DNA from: Balanoglossus misakiensis
Taxonomy: Eukaryota > Animalia > Hemichordata
Assembly (NCBI GenBank): GCA_040954595.2
Contig: CM082595.2
Span: forward strand, 9,847,918 to 9,911,917
Direction: 5' to 3'
Length of the DNA stretch: 64,000 nucleotides
Both the position numbers and the translations under genes were made by a program. Every line of letters starts with the position of its first letter. The stretch's first letter is position 1. Below, piece by piece: positions 51,297-62,800 of the stretch. The notes below the pieces were generated by a model. The model searched no databases, was not told the origin of the DNA, and saw only the letters and a program-made list of their open reading frames with translations.

Positions 51297-52788
51297 AGTC
51301 CTGTTTCAAAATGACCTACATTACACGTCCTATACACATGTATTGCATGTTTTGATTGGTTTATCCGCTTCTCTTAGGTCCACTTGCGGCACGCTGATTG
51401 GAGGGACCTTGTAGGTTAGGTCTTATTATTATGTATTATTCACTAGACCTTGTAGGTTAGGTCTTATTACTATGCATTTTTCGCTTTACAGCTCCCTGAT
51501 TGGTTAACGTGTCAGTCTGGTCCCCCATGTGTTCACTGCCTCATAATACAGGACCTTGTAGGTTAGGTCATATTAATATGTATTTATTCACCATACAGCT
51601 CCCTGATTGGTTAACGTGTCAGTCTGGTCTCCCAGTGTTCACTGCCTCATTGTGAAATGTCCCATGTGCTTCCTGGCTAGCGTTGTGGTAACACATTATT
51701 CGGGATGTCCGCAGGTCATTCATTAATTTTCTGAGAAATAGCCTGACTGATACTATCTCCAACATAAACCGCACCCTGGAAAGATTAAAATTTTTAGATG
51801 GACTTCGAAAATCTGATTAACACATCTAAGCATTTTTGCTAACAGTTGTATATTTTCTTAAATCACCCTCCTACTTCTCATCATCAATATTATTATTGTT
51901 GTTTTACTATTTTAAAGTAAATTTGTTTTGACGTAGATGTTGTGAAAAGGAGTACGTTGTCCGTTTATACATTCGTATATTGTTTTCATAAAAATGGAAC
52001 TATGACGGTGCAGCTTCGTGAAAGAAGTACAATAAAAGTAATCATACCTGTAAAGCAACTAATGAGGTATCCCAATTAAAGAAATGCAATGCTATTCTAA
52101 ACAGTTCTATTGTAAGATATTTTTGGTTTGCTCGAATGAATAGCACACACTTCGTATTCAGCCAGGTGTTACACGAAGTGATGCGCTGAAAAGCATTACG
52201 TAACAAAACACTAGCCCATTTCAACAAACCGCCACTGGAAATAAAATAAAAAAATTCTCCTGGCAATTTTTATTTCGAGTATCTAGTTCACAGTATCACA
52301 AAAAATGCCATGAATAGTGAAGGAAAGGTTAAATCCAATCATTATATGAGTGCCTTTCTTTATACACTGGGATCGAGCTTCGACAACGCGCAGGCAGCAT
52401 GCCAGACAGAATACGACAACTGTATTCAGAAAGTACAAAAGACTTTGCATAACGAGGCAGTGAAAATTGGAGACCTACACATTAACCAATCAGGGAGCTG
52501 AAAATTGAATAAATGCATGTTAATAAGACCTAACCTACAAGGTCCTGCATAATGAGGCAGTGAACACTGGAGGACCAGACCTACACATTAACCAATCAGG
52601 GAGCTGTAAAGTGAATAATACATAGTAATAAGACCTAACCTACAAGGTCTAGTGAATAATACATAATAATAAGACCTAACACATAAGGTCCCTCCAATCA
52701 CCGTGCCTCAAGTGGACCTAAGATTACCAGATGGACCAATCACAGATGTCGGTACATATGTCATGGACCTGACTTATGAAACATGACT
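51297..52788. mobile_element. Non-autonomous DNA transposon with ATT TSD and long repetitive inverted subterminal arms, right arm only
   Basis: Termini AGTCCTGTTTCA / TGAAACATGACT; ATT at 51294-51296 and 52789-52791. 51370-51650 is inverted at 52450-52722 (GACCTTGTAGGTTAGGTC sub-repeats). Empty site CTGAATGTG at ~38835-38843. Confidence 0.85.
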
Positions 52789-53171
52789 ATTCAGAACTAC
52801 CTAGTCTATGCCCGGCAGTGTTCTGTCCGCTTTGCTTCCAAAACTAATGTCTGGCCTCACTCATGCCACTTGCCCAATAAACTAATACCCCTTGCTGGGA
52901 ATTATGATGTAACTAGCGTCGCTTTGAAGCCTATCACATTCCTGAACAGTGTTGATTTGGTGTAAGATTATAGTGAAGGCAGGGCTTATTACATTGAAAA
53001 TGCTACCCAACCTTAATTACACGTATGTATATCCTTTGTCTAATCATTGGAAAAACAATGTACATGTACCAAAGACTAAGTAGCTATTTGAAGGTGAATC
53101 GCAAGTGGGCACTTTCATTACTTAACCTCAAGCAGTCGGTTAGCTACCGTATACTAAGACAAACATTCCTG

Positions 53172-54698
53172 TGGAAATAATCATGTGATACAACTCATCA
53201 ATGAAGAGGGAGAACAACACTGGGCTTAATACACTCCCTTGCCTTACACCTCTGTTACAGTTAAAATATTCTGAAACACCCCCATCTAGACGAACACAAG
53301 ATTTCACATCACTATACATAGATTTCACAATGTTATACATCTTGCCAGATAAGCCAATCGACTGCAGTTTGAAAAAAAGACATCTGTGATCCACAGAATC
53401 AAATGCTTTTGCAAAATCTACAAAAAGACAGTAAAATTTCCCCTTCCTTCTTCTGATGTAATTTTGTATGATGGCATGTAAAGTAAATATATTATCCATT
53501 GTTGAAAACCCTTTACGAAATCCCGCTTGTGCATTACAAATAGCATTGGTATTTTCAGCCCATCTATACAACCTTTCATTTAAAATACCACAAAATATTT
53601 TACCAAATACATCTAAAAGCGTAATTCCCCTGTAATTATTTGGATCTGTTCTAGATCCCTTTTTGTACAATGGTATTATAATTCCCCGTGACCACCCTGC
53701 TGGGAAGTTACCCGTATCAAAGATGTTGTTAAACAGCTTATTCATGATAGGTAGCATTGTGGGTATAGAGCATTTGAAAAATTCGGCTGGTATTCCATCT
53801 GGGCCCGGGGCTTTACCATTTTTCAGATCTAAAACTGCTTTCATTATTTCCCGGTCAGTAATATTTGAATTCATAAAATCTGAGATATCGACTTCGGCAT
53901 TCCAGCCTACAACCTGTACATGTGTATCCCCGGGTAATATTGGTTGCGTCTCACTGAACTCACAGATGACAGGATGGCTGCGCATGCGTACAAATTGTCG
54001 TTTACAATGGATGAAAATGGACACACATCATGGGCTACAGAGGTTAAGCAAATTCTTTATTCATATGGGTTTGGCATTGTCTGGTTATCACAAGGGGTGG
54101 GAGATATTTCATCTTTTATAAGTGAGTTTAAACAACGTCTTTCCGATGTTAACAAACAAGAGTGGTACAGTGAAGTATGTACAAAAGACAGACTTCGTAC
54201 ATATCGTAATTTTAAAAGCATGCTTGAACCAGAAAAATATCTTTGTGAAATTACAGAGCCAAAACATAGACATGCACTAGCACGATTGAGATGTTCATGT
54301 CTTGGTTTAAGAGTCCAGGAAGGCAGCTATGCCAACATTGACTTTGAAGACAGAATCTGTGAAATATGTACAGGAGGTGTGGAGGATGAATTTCATGTAA
54401 TATTTTTATGCCCATTGTATCAAAGCTTAAGATATTTATTACCACATGACAACTCTGAGTCTATTTACGAAGAGAAATTTTTAACACTGATGAGGTCGAA
54501 GTCGCCAACAGTGTTAAGAAATCTTGGCAAATTTGTACATAAAGCCATGATTTTGAGGAAAGAATATTTTTCATGAAAGCTTGAAGGTGACCTAATGTTT
54601 CTTTTTTTGTTGTTGCTGTATTTCGTTCTGTAATATATCTTACCATGCAATTGTCATATTGGCCGGTGGCCTAAAAGACAATAAAACATTATTATTAC
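53172..54698 (+). mobile_element. 5'-inverted, truncated non-LTR retrotransposon (RTE-X-like), right arm only
   Basis: RT N-half on minus (KAPGPDG, NYRGITL, QAGFR, FVDFAKAFDSV, GVRQGSVLSP). C-terminus on plus (YWLRL...RICEIC..VEDEFH...CPLY..LR). AATAAAA plus (ATT)n tail. 16 bp TSD AAGACAAACATTCCTG at 53156-53171 and 54699-54714. Confidence 0.9.
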
Positions 54699-55347
54699 AA
54701 GACAAACATTCCTGGTGTAATTAACATCACTGTCATTAGTAATATCTATCTCCAATCAGTATCAGTTCTGCCTTTATGTTATTTTAAGTCAATTGTCAAG
54801 GTTCATGTACATATATTACAGCTTAACTGTCTTGTCAAAAACTTACGCATGTACATGTACCTAATTCTAGGCTTACCTGTAGGGTTAGAGATACAGTGTT
54901 TTATATTAATATGCATTAATATGAAACTAAGATTTGATGGTTAATTTAAGACCCCCCTGAGCAATGGTAACCTCGTTAAATATGTGCATATCTAATTCTA
55001 GGCTATTCAGCTGAAGTAGAAACCTGGACATGGACAACTTCGGGGTCAAAATCTTTTGACAAACATTTGTGTGATCTTGGGTAAACTTTGACCTACATTC
55101 CTATATTTTAGCATCCGGAGCAGATACAACCTTGACACTTGGAGTGATGGAACTATTTGATTGAGTATTATGTCTTGCCTCATTAATTATGTACTTACCT
55201 AATGCCAGCCTAACCAATAGGGCTGGAAGTCTGGCTTTTTGGACATGATAAATTTGAGATCAACATTTTTCTACAGCAGCCAGCCTTCTCTTAAAAAGAA
55301 TGGACAATATAAAGGCTTTGATGGTATACTGAACTGTTGACTCCCTC

Positions 55348-55554
55348 CCTGAGACTGTGTGCCAATGACGGGATAGCCTACTCAGCGTTGGGTAGATCCT
55401 AAGAAGGCCTCAGCCAGGCATCAAATACAAAAAGCGGAAATCCAAGCTTTAATGGTGGGTTACATCGTTAACTTCCCTGCAGAGCTGATTTCTCAGACTG
55501 TGAGCCAATGACGGGTAAAGCCCCTAGGTAGGGGCCACCTAAGACAGGCCGGTC
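55348..55554 (+). ncRNA. Candidate tandem structured-RNA motif (two copies: 55348-55418 and 55496-55554)
   Basis: Shared GACTGTG-N-GCC-AATGAC-GGG(A)T-[variable hairpin]-A(T)CCT-AAGA(C)A-GGC. The two apical hairpins differ in sequence but both pair. Confidence 0.45.
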
Positions 55555-58544
55555 ATGCTTTAATCACAAAGAAGGGCAAGTTTAGTCTTACCACAACTTT
55601 GTCTGCTGTATATGCTTCATTAAGATTGCAGAGTATTTTGAGAATACATTGTGTTAAGGCAGTGTGACCAGCTAAAAAGTACTGGCAAACACAGCCAATG
55701 TGTAATGAAAAACATCTAATTTGGCTGAATAAAAGACATAAAACACAGCAAAAGCACTGTGACTAGCTGAGACATAATACTCCATTATGCAGTTCCATCA
55801 CTCCAAGTGTCAAGGATGTATCTGTGCCGGATGCCAAGATATAGGAATGTAGGTCAAAGTTTACCCAAGAACACCCAACATTTTGTCAAAAGATTTTGAC
55901 CCCAAAGTTGTCCATGTCCAGGTTTCTACCGCAACTGGATAGCCTAGAATTAGATATGTACATATTTAATGAGGTTACCATGGATCAAGGCAGTCCTAAG
56001 TAAACCATCAAATTTTTAAATTCATGTTAATTCATGTTAATATAAAACGCTGTATCTCTAACCCACTGGTATGCCATTCTGTGTTTCATGCTACCCAATA
56101 TGGGTAAGTAGGTAAAAAGTCACCCTAGGCCATTTGAAATTTTGCTGAAAAAATCTCGTCTCTTACATATGTACATTTGGTAAAAGGGAAATTTTAATCA
56201 CGGAGTAGAACATATTCATAAAAAATATTTGAGGGAAAGAAGGAAGTTTTTCATAGCTTTGGTGCGTCAAATAGTAGAGAGGTTCCCTTGTTATCCTTAG
56301 ACTCAAACTCAGAGTTTCCAATCTTTCAGTATTTTCATGATATTACTTTCCATCTTAGATTTGTTCATCTAAACAAACTGACTGATAGGTATACATGAAC
56401 ATTTTATTGACTAATGAATGTGCCTGTATGTTGCAATTTAAAGAAGTCAGATATTAAACGAGCGCCACACCTGTTTTAATCAGCCTCCATATGGAGGGTA
56501 CACATCGCAGAGAGATGACAAACCCCATGCAAATTCAAGTAATATGGCTCAATGGTGCTGATTTTAAAGGATAGGTGGATGATTTGAAAAATGTTATTGT
56601 GGAAAAAGATGTGTAAAATTTGGCAGCTTGTGAGGCTTTAATTGTAAAATCTTTGAAATGTGTTTTACTCTTTAGGTCCAATTTTGTATATGTCAATATA
56701 CCATTGGGACCAATGTGATATTGTTCTAAACTCAGAAACTCAAGAAGGTACTGGTCAGATTGCTTTAGAAATTGGTGTGTATTTATGTTATTGAGACTTT
56801 ATACAGATTTTATTTTTCATTTTTGAAGTATATTTTGGGGTGATTTTGGTCGTCATATACTCAGAAACCTCTACCCACATTTTTTTTAAAATTTGGTTTG
56901 CATGTTCTTAGGTGTGATTTTATGACAATTTAACAAACCCAGTGATGGAAGTGACAATATTGTTTTTTTTTTTTTGGCAATTACTGCCATTTTTGTCTGA
57001 TTGCTTTGCAATTTAGTTTGCAGTTTCTAGGGAATTCTTACTGTGGTGCACAAAATTCACAAAGGTGATTTACTATCCTCATGCGCTTTGTTGAACTGGC
57101 ACCCTGTTGCAAAACAGACATTACAACACTCTTTGAATTGAATTCATAGCTACCAATTTTTCGGGGGTGTAGCACCTTTTTTATGCCTAAAACTTTGATC
57201 GAGAACTTCAAATTAAATGCAACCCTCCAAATATTTGCAATATTTCAGGTATAATGATTTAATTTTAAAGCATAAATTTTGATGTATTCATAATCATTAA
57301 GAGAAACACATTTTGAAAATAGAATATTAATCACACTAGCAGTCATAATACTTTTGAATCATCACTTAAGAACATATAGAAAAATTAAACAGGTGTTAAT
57401 TATTTATATTTGAACGCAAAGCGTAAATTCCCTTGTGCCATGGAATTGACAATCTGCAACTGGTGGGGTCCTTCTGCCAGTAAAAAGCATCAGATAAATT
57501 CTGCATGCTCATCACCGAGGCAATTTAGGTGTACTTTTGTACTTTGAGAACTGTCGGTTTTCGCAACTGAAACTCTGTTCACAGGACAGAGGAAAAACTA
57601 GAATGACAACAGCTATGTAAGCTAACAAAAGGAACACAGAGCATAGTTCTCCATACTCACATTTTGATGCAATAATTTTTGCTGAAACTGGGGCGTCCGT
57701 GGGCAGGCAAAGGCAGTTCTAACTCGTCTTGCAAATAAGGCCCATGTCTCTTGTTCGCTGAGATTGTCTGGTTCTAATAATAGCTGTAAGAACTTGATCA
57801 TTGACCGAACTGTTGGTTCAATTTTGCAACATTTTATGATTTCAAGCTGTGCAATATTTGCAACTCAGTTTCAACTTTGGTTGGAGGGATGATGATGAAG
57901 CCATTTCACTGACAAAATAGCGCTACTGACTGATGTCAATGTTTGTTTACAGTCAAATGCATTGCCATCATAAAAATACATGTGAGAAATTTCCTATGTG
58001 TATGATACACACTTTTGTGCATGACTGCAAACTCTGTTACAGTTGTGAAATTCTAAGGGTTGAATTCATTGGGTAGAATTCATGTTTTTTGGATTCTTAA
58101 ACAACCAGTCACGAAAGCTAAGTGGTTACCTCAGAGAAACTGTGTTAAAGTTGGTCATCAATTGCTTTAAATCACACAAGACATTCCCAGAGCTAAAGTT
58201 ACTGCAGCAGTCAGTTTCAACTCAGCTTGCAAATTGGGATCATGTCTTGTGTTCATCGAGACTGTCTGTAGTCGAGTTGACAGTCCTATGGGGTCAATGA
58301 TGAACCTACAAATGTTCTTTCCAATGAAATTGTTATAAATCTAATATTCAGGATTTGCATTCATACCTTAAACAATATAACTGTATTGCAAATATGGCAA
58401 CTCTTCTAAGTTGCATTGGAACACCTTCTCGCCACTGTTTGTGCCAAAATGGTGAATAAGCTTTCATTTTCAAGCCTTAACATAGGCACCCAAAACAAGA
58501 CAACAGCATTGCAAATATGGCATTTTTTGTTCAACTCTTCTCAT

Positions 58545-59195
58545 TTGCATAGTCCAAAATGGCCGCCAAACTCCTCTAACATGTAAATTTCCTATGGTCG
58601 TCTTAAATAGTGTGTAGTATCGCATTTGAAGGGTTGTCATCAATATGGGTACCTAAAACAATTTCAACGTGGTTGACATTGCAATGTTAGACAGCTGTTC
58701 TAATTTGCATAATCTAGAATGGCCGACAAACTTCTCTAACATGTAAATTTACTATGGTTGTCTTTAATAGTGTGTAATATCGCATTTGCAGGGTTTTCAT
58801 CAATATGGGTACCTAAAACAATTTCAACGTCGTTGACATGGCAATATTAGACAGCTGTTCTAATTTGCATAATCCAAAATGGCCACCAAACTCTTCTTAA
58901 ATGTAAATTTCCCTGTTTTGTCTTATATGGTGCCTAAAATCGCATTTGCAGGGTTTTCATCAATATGGGTAACTAAAACAATTTCAGCGTGGTTGACATG
59001 GCAATATTAGACAACTGTTCTAATTTGCATAATCCAAATGGCCGACAAACTTCTCTAACATGTAAATTTCCCTGGTTTGTCTTATATGGTGTGTAATATC
59101 GCATTTTCACGGTTTTAATTAATATGGGTACCTAAAACAATTTCAACGTGGTTGACATGGCAATATTAGACAACTGTTCTAATTTGCATAATTCG
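58545..59195 (+). repeat. ~160 bp tandem repeat, ~4 units
   Basis: TATGGGTA(C/A)CTAAAACAATTTCA recurs at ~58644, 58804, 58964 and 59123; fewer units in the left arm (31300-31530). Confidence 0.9.
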
Positions 59196-59800
59196 AACAC
59201 CTGCTGGATAATTTAATTTTTGCCCTTCTTGTCCCATGATTATATGTGTAATATCTCATTTTCAATGTGTTTACATGTATATATGCAGAATCCATTTCAA
59301 ACTAAGTGGGCATATTGTAGCGCCAATCTTATTTCTTAATCCGCACCACAGAACTGATGCAAGGATTAGGACTGGAAATGTATGTGGCCACTGGCCGACA
59401 CCCCGGGCGAGAGGTCTCCAATTATTTTCAGCATGTAGTGTGCTTCCCGGTTGATAACATCAATATGTGTAAATGCCAAAAACCCGACCTATTGTAATAC
59501 CAGTCAAATTTTCTTTGTCATTTACCATTTTTCTCTTGCATATGAAGGTTTTTCTTAAAGAGTACATACCCATATACATTTGTATGGGAGCACACATCCC
59601 CACCCCCTGCCAACAATAATTGGACAACTTTATTCTTCTTATACATCTTTTTAGTCTAAACATTCATATAGAGAAGGCAACATGTTCTTGAAGCTGCTGA
59701 CTATGGAAATATGATGAAGTACATTTTCCTAGTTGTACATGTACAGTATGATAGGCCCAATGTACCAATTGGAGATGTGTGCCTTACAGGCAACATACAT

Positions 59801-62800
59801 GTAGCTCTGCATGGCCTGGTTAATCAATGTTGACGCAAAGGTTGACCCTACCAAACACTCAAAATTAATGGGCACGACACTGGCCACTAGCTCTGCATGG
59901 CCTGGTTAATCAATGTTGACGCAAAGGTTGACCCCACCAAACACTCAAAATTGATGGGCACGACACTGGCCACTAGCTCTGCATGGCCTGGTTAATCGAT
60001 GTTGACGCAAAGGTTGACCCCACCAAACACTCAAAATTGATGGGCACGACACTGGCCACTAGCTCTGCATGGCCTGGTTAATCAATGTTGACGCAAAGGT
60101 TGACCCCACCAAACACTCAAAATTGATGGGCACGACACTGGCCACTAGCTCTGCATGGCCTGGTTAATCAATGTTGACGCAAAGGTTGACCCCACCAAAC
60201 ACTCAAAATTGATGGGCACGACACTGGCCACTAGCTCTGCATGGCCTGGTTAATCAATGTTGACGCAAAGGTTGACCCCACCAAACACTCAAAATTGATG
60301 GGCACGACACTGGCCACTACAATGTAGCTCTGCATGGCCTGGTTAATCAATGTTGACGCAAAGGTTGACCCCACCAAACACTCAAAATTGATGGGCACGA
60401 CACTGGCCACTAGCTCTGCATGGCCTGGTTAATCAATGTTGACGCAAAGGTTGACCCCACCAAACACTCAAAATTGATGGGCACGACACTGGCCACTACA
60501 ATGTAGCTCTGCATGGCCTGGTTAATCAATGTTGACGCAAAGGTTGACCTCACCAAACACTCAAAATTGATGGGCACGACACTGGCCACTAGCTCTGGCC
60601 TGGCTAATCAATGTTGACGCAAGGGTTGACCCCACCAAACACTCAAAATTGATGGGCGCGACACTGGCCACTAGCTCTGGCCTGGCTAATCAATGTTGAC
60701 GCAAGGGTTGACCCCACCAAACACTCAAAATTAATGGGCGCGACACTGGCCACTAGCTCTGGCGTGGCTAATCAAGGTTGACGCAAAGGTTGACCCCACC
60801 AAACACTCAAAATTGATGGGCGCGACACTGGCCACTAGCTCTGGCGTGGCTAATCAAGGTTGACGCAAAGGTTGACCCCACCAAACACTCAAAATTGATG
60901 GGCACGACACTGGCCACTAGCTCTGGCCTGGCTAATCCAGGTTGACGCAAGGGTTAACCCCACCAAACACTCAAAATTAATGGGCGCGACACTGGCCACT
61001 AAGCTCTGGCCTGGCTAATCAATGTTGACGCAAGGGTTGACCCCACCAAACACTCAAAATTGATGGGCACGACACTGGCCTCTAGCTCTGGCCTGGCTAA
61101 TCAAGGTTGAAGCAAAGGTTGACCCCACCAAACACTCAAAATTGATGGGCACGACACTGGCCACTAAGCTCTGGCCTGGTTAATCAATGTTGAAGCAAAG
61201 GTTGACCCCACCAAACACTCAAAATTAATGGGAACGACACTGGCCACTAGCTCTGCATGGCCTGGTTAATCAATGTTGACGCAAAGGTTGACCCCACCAA
61301 ACACTCAAAATTAATGGGCACGACACTGGCCACTAGCTCTGGCCTGGCTAATCAAGGTTGACGCAAGGGTTAACCCCACCAAACACTCAAAATTAATGGG
61401 CGCGACACTGGCCACTAAGCTCTGGCCTGGCTAATCAATGTTGACGCAAGGGTTGACCCCACCAAACACTCAAAATTGATGGGCACGACACTGGCCACTA
61501 GCTCTGGCCTGGCTAATCAAGGTTGACGCAAGGGTTGACCCCACCAAACACTCAAAATTGATGGGCACGACACTGGCCACTAAGCTCTGGCCTGGTTAAT
61601 CAATGTTGAAGCAAAGGTTGACCCCACCAAACACTCAAAATTAATGGGAACGACACTGGCCACTAGCTCTGCATGGCCTGGTTAATCAATGTTGACGCAA
61701 AGGTTGACCCCACCAAACACTCAAAATTGATGGGCACGACACTGGCCACTACAATGTAGCTCTGCATGGCCTGGTTAATCAATGTTGACGCAAAGGTTGA
61801 CCTCACCAAACACTCAAAATTGATGGGCACGACACTGGCCACTAGCTCTGGCCTGGCTAATCAATGTTGACGCAAGGGTTGACCCCACCAAACACTCAAA
61901 ATTGATGGGCGCGACACTGGCCACTAGCTCTGGCCTGGCTAATCAATGTTGACGCAAGGGTTGACCCCACCAAACACTCAAAATTAATGGGCGCGACACT
62001 GGCCACTAGCTCTGGCGTGGCTAATCAAGGTTGACGCAAAGGTTGACCCCACCAAACACTCAAAATTGATGGGCGCGACACTGGCCACTAGCTCTGGCGT
62101 GGCTAATCAAGGTTGACGCAAAGGTTGACCCCACCAAACACTCAAAATTGATGGGCACGACACTGGCCACTAGCTCTGGCCTGGCTAATCCAGGTTGACG
62201 CAAGGGTTAACCCCACCAAACACTCAAAATTAATGGGCGCGACACTGGCCACTAAGCTCTGGCCTGGCTAATCAATGTTGACGCAAGGGTTGACCCCACC
62301 AAACACTCAAAATTGATGGGCACGACACTGGCCTCTAGCTCTGGCCTGGCTAATCAAGGTTGAAGCAAAGGTTGACCCCACCAAACACTCAAAATTGATG
62401 GGCACGACACTGGCCACTAAGCTCTGGCCTGGTTAATCAATGTTGAAGCAAAGGTTGACCCCACCAAACACTCAAAATTAATGGGAACGACACTGGCCAC
62501 TAGCTCTGCATGGCCTGGTTAATCAATGTTGACGCAAAGGTTGACCCCACCAAACACTCAAAATTAATGGGCACGACACTGGCCACTAGCTCTGGCCTGG
62601 CTAATCAAGGTTGACGCAAGGGTTAACCCCACCAAACACTCAAAATTAATGGGCGCGACACTGGCCACTAAGCTCTGGCCTGGCTAATCAATGTTGACGC
62701 AAGGGTTGACCCCACCAAACACTCAAAATTGATGGGCACGACACTGGCCACTAGCTCTGGCCTGGCTAATCAAGGTTGACGCAAGGGTTGACCCCACCAA

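Larger units (their letters stand above)
48092..59794 (-). repeat. Right arm of palindrome 2
   Basis: Reverse complement of 30620-41790 with arm-specific insertions; ends at the satellite. Confidence 0.92.

Noticed and set aside
55500-55550. SECIS element (ATGA...AAA...GA)
   Set aside because: The helix between the ATGA core and AAA is only ~4-5 bp instead of 11-12, and no selenoprotein ORF is upstream.
30620-59794. Palindrome as an assembly fold-back artefact
   Set aside because: Arms differ by many substitutions and by independent TSD-flanked insertions. Joining of two divergent haplotypes cannot be fully excluded without reads.
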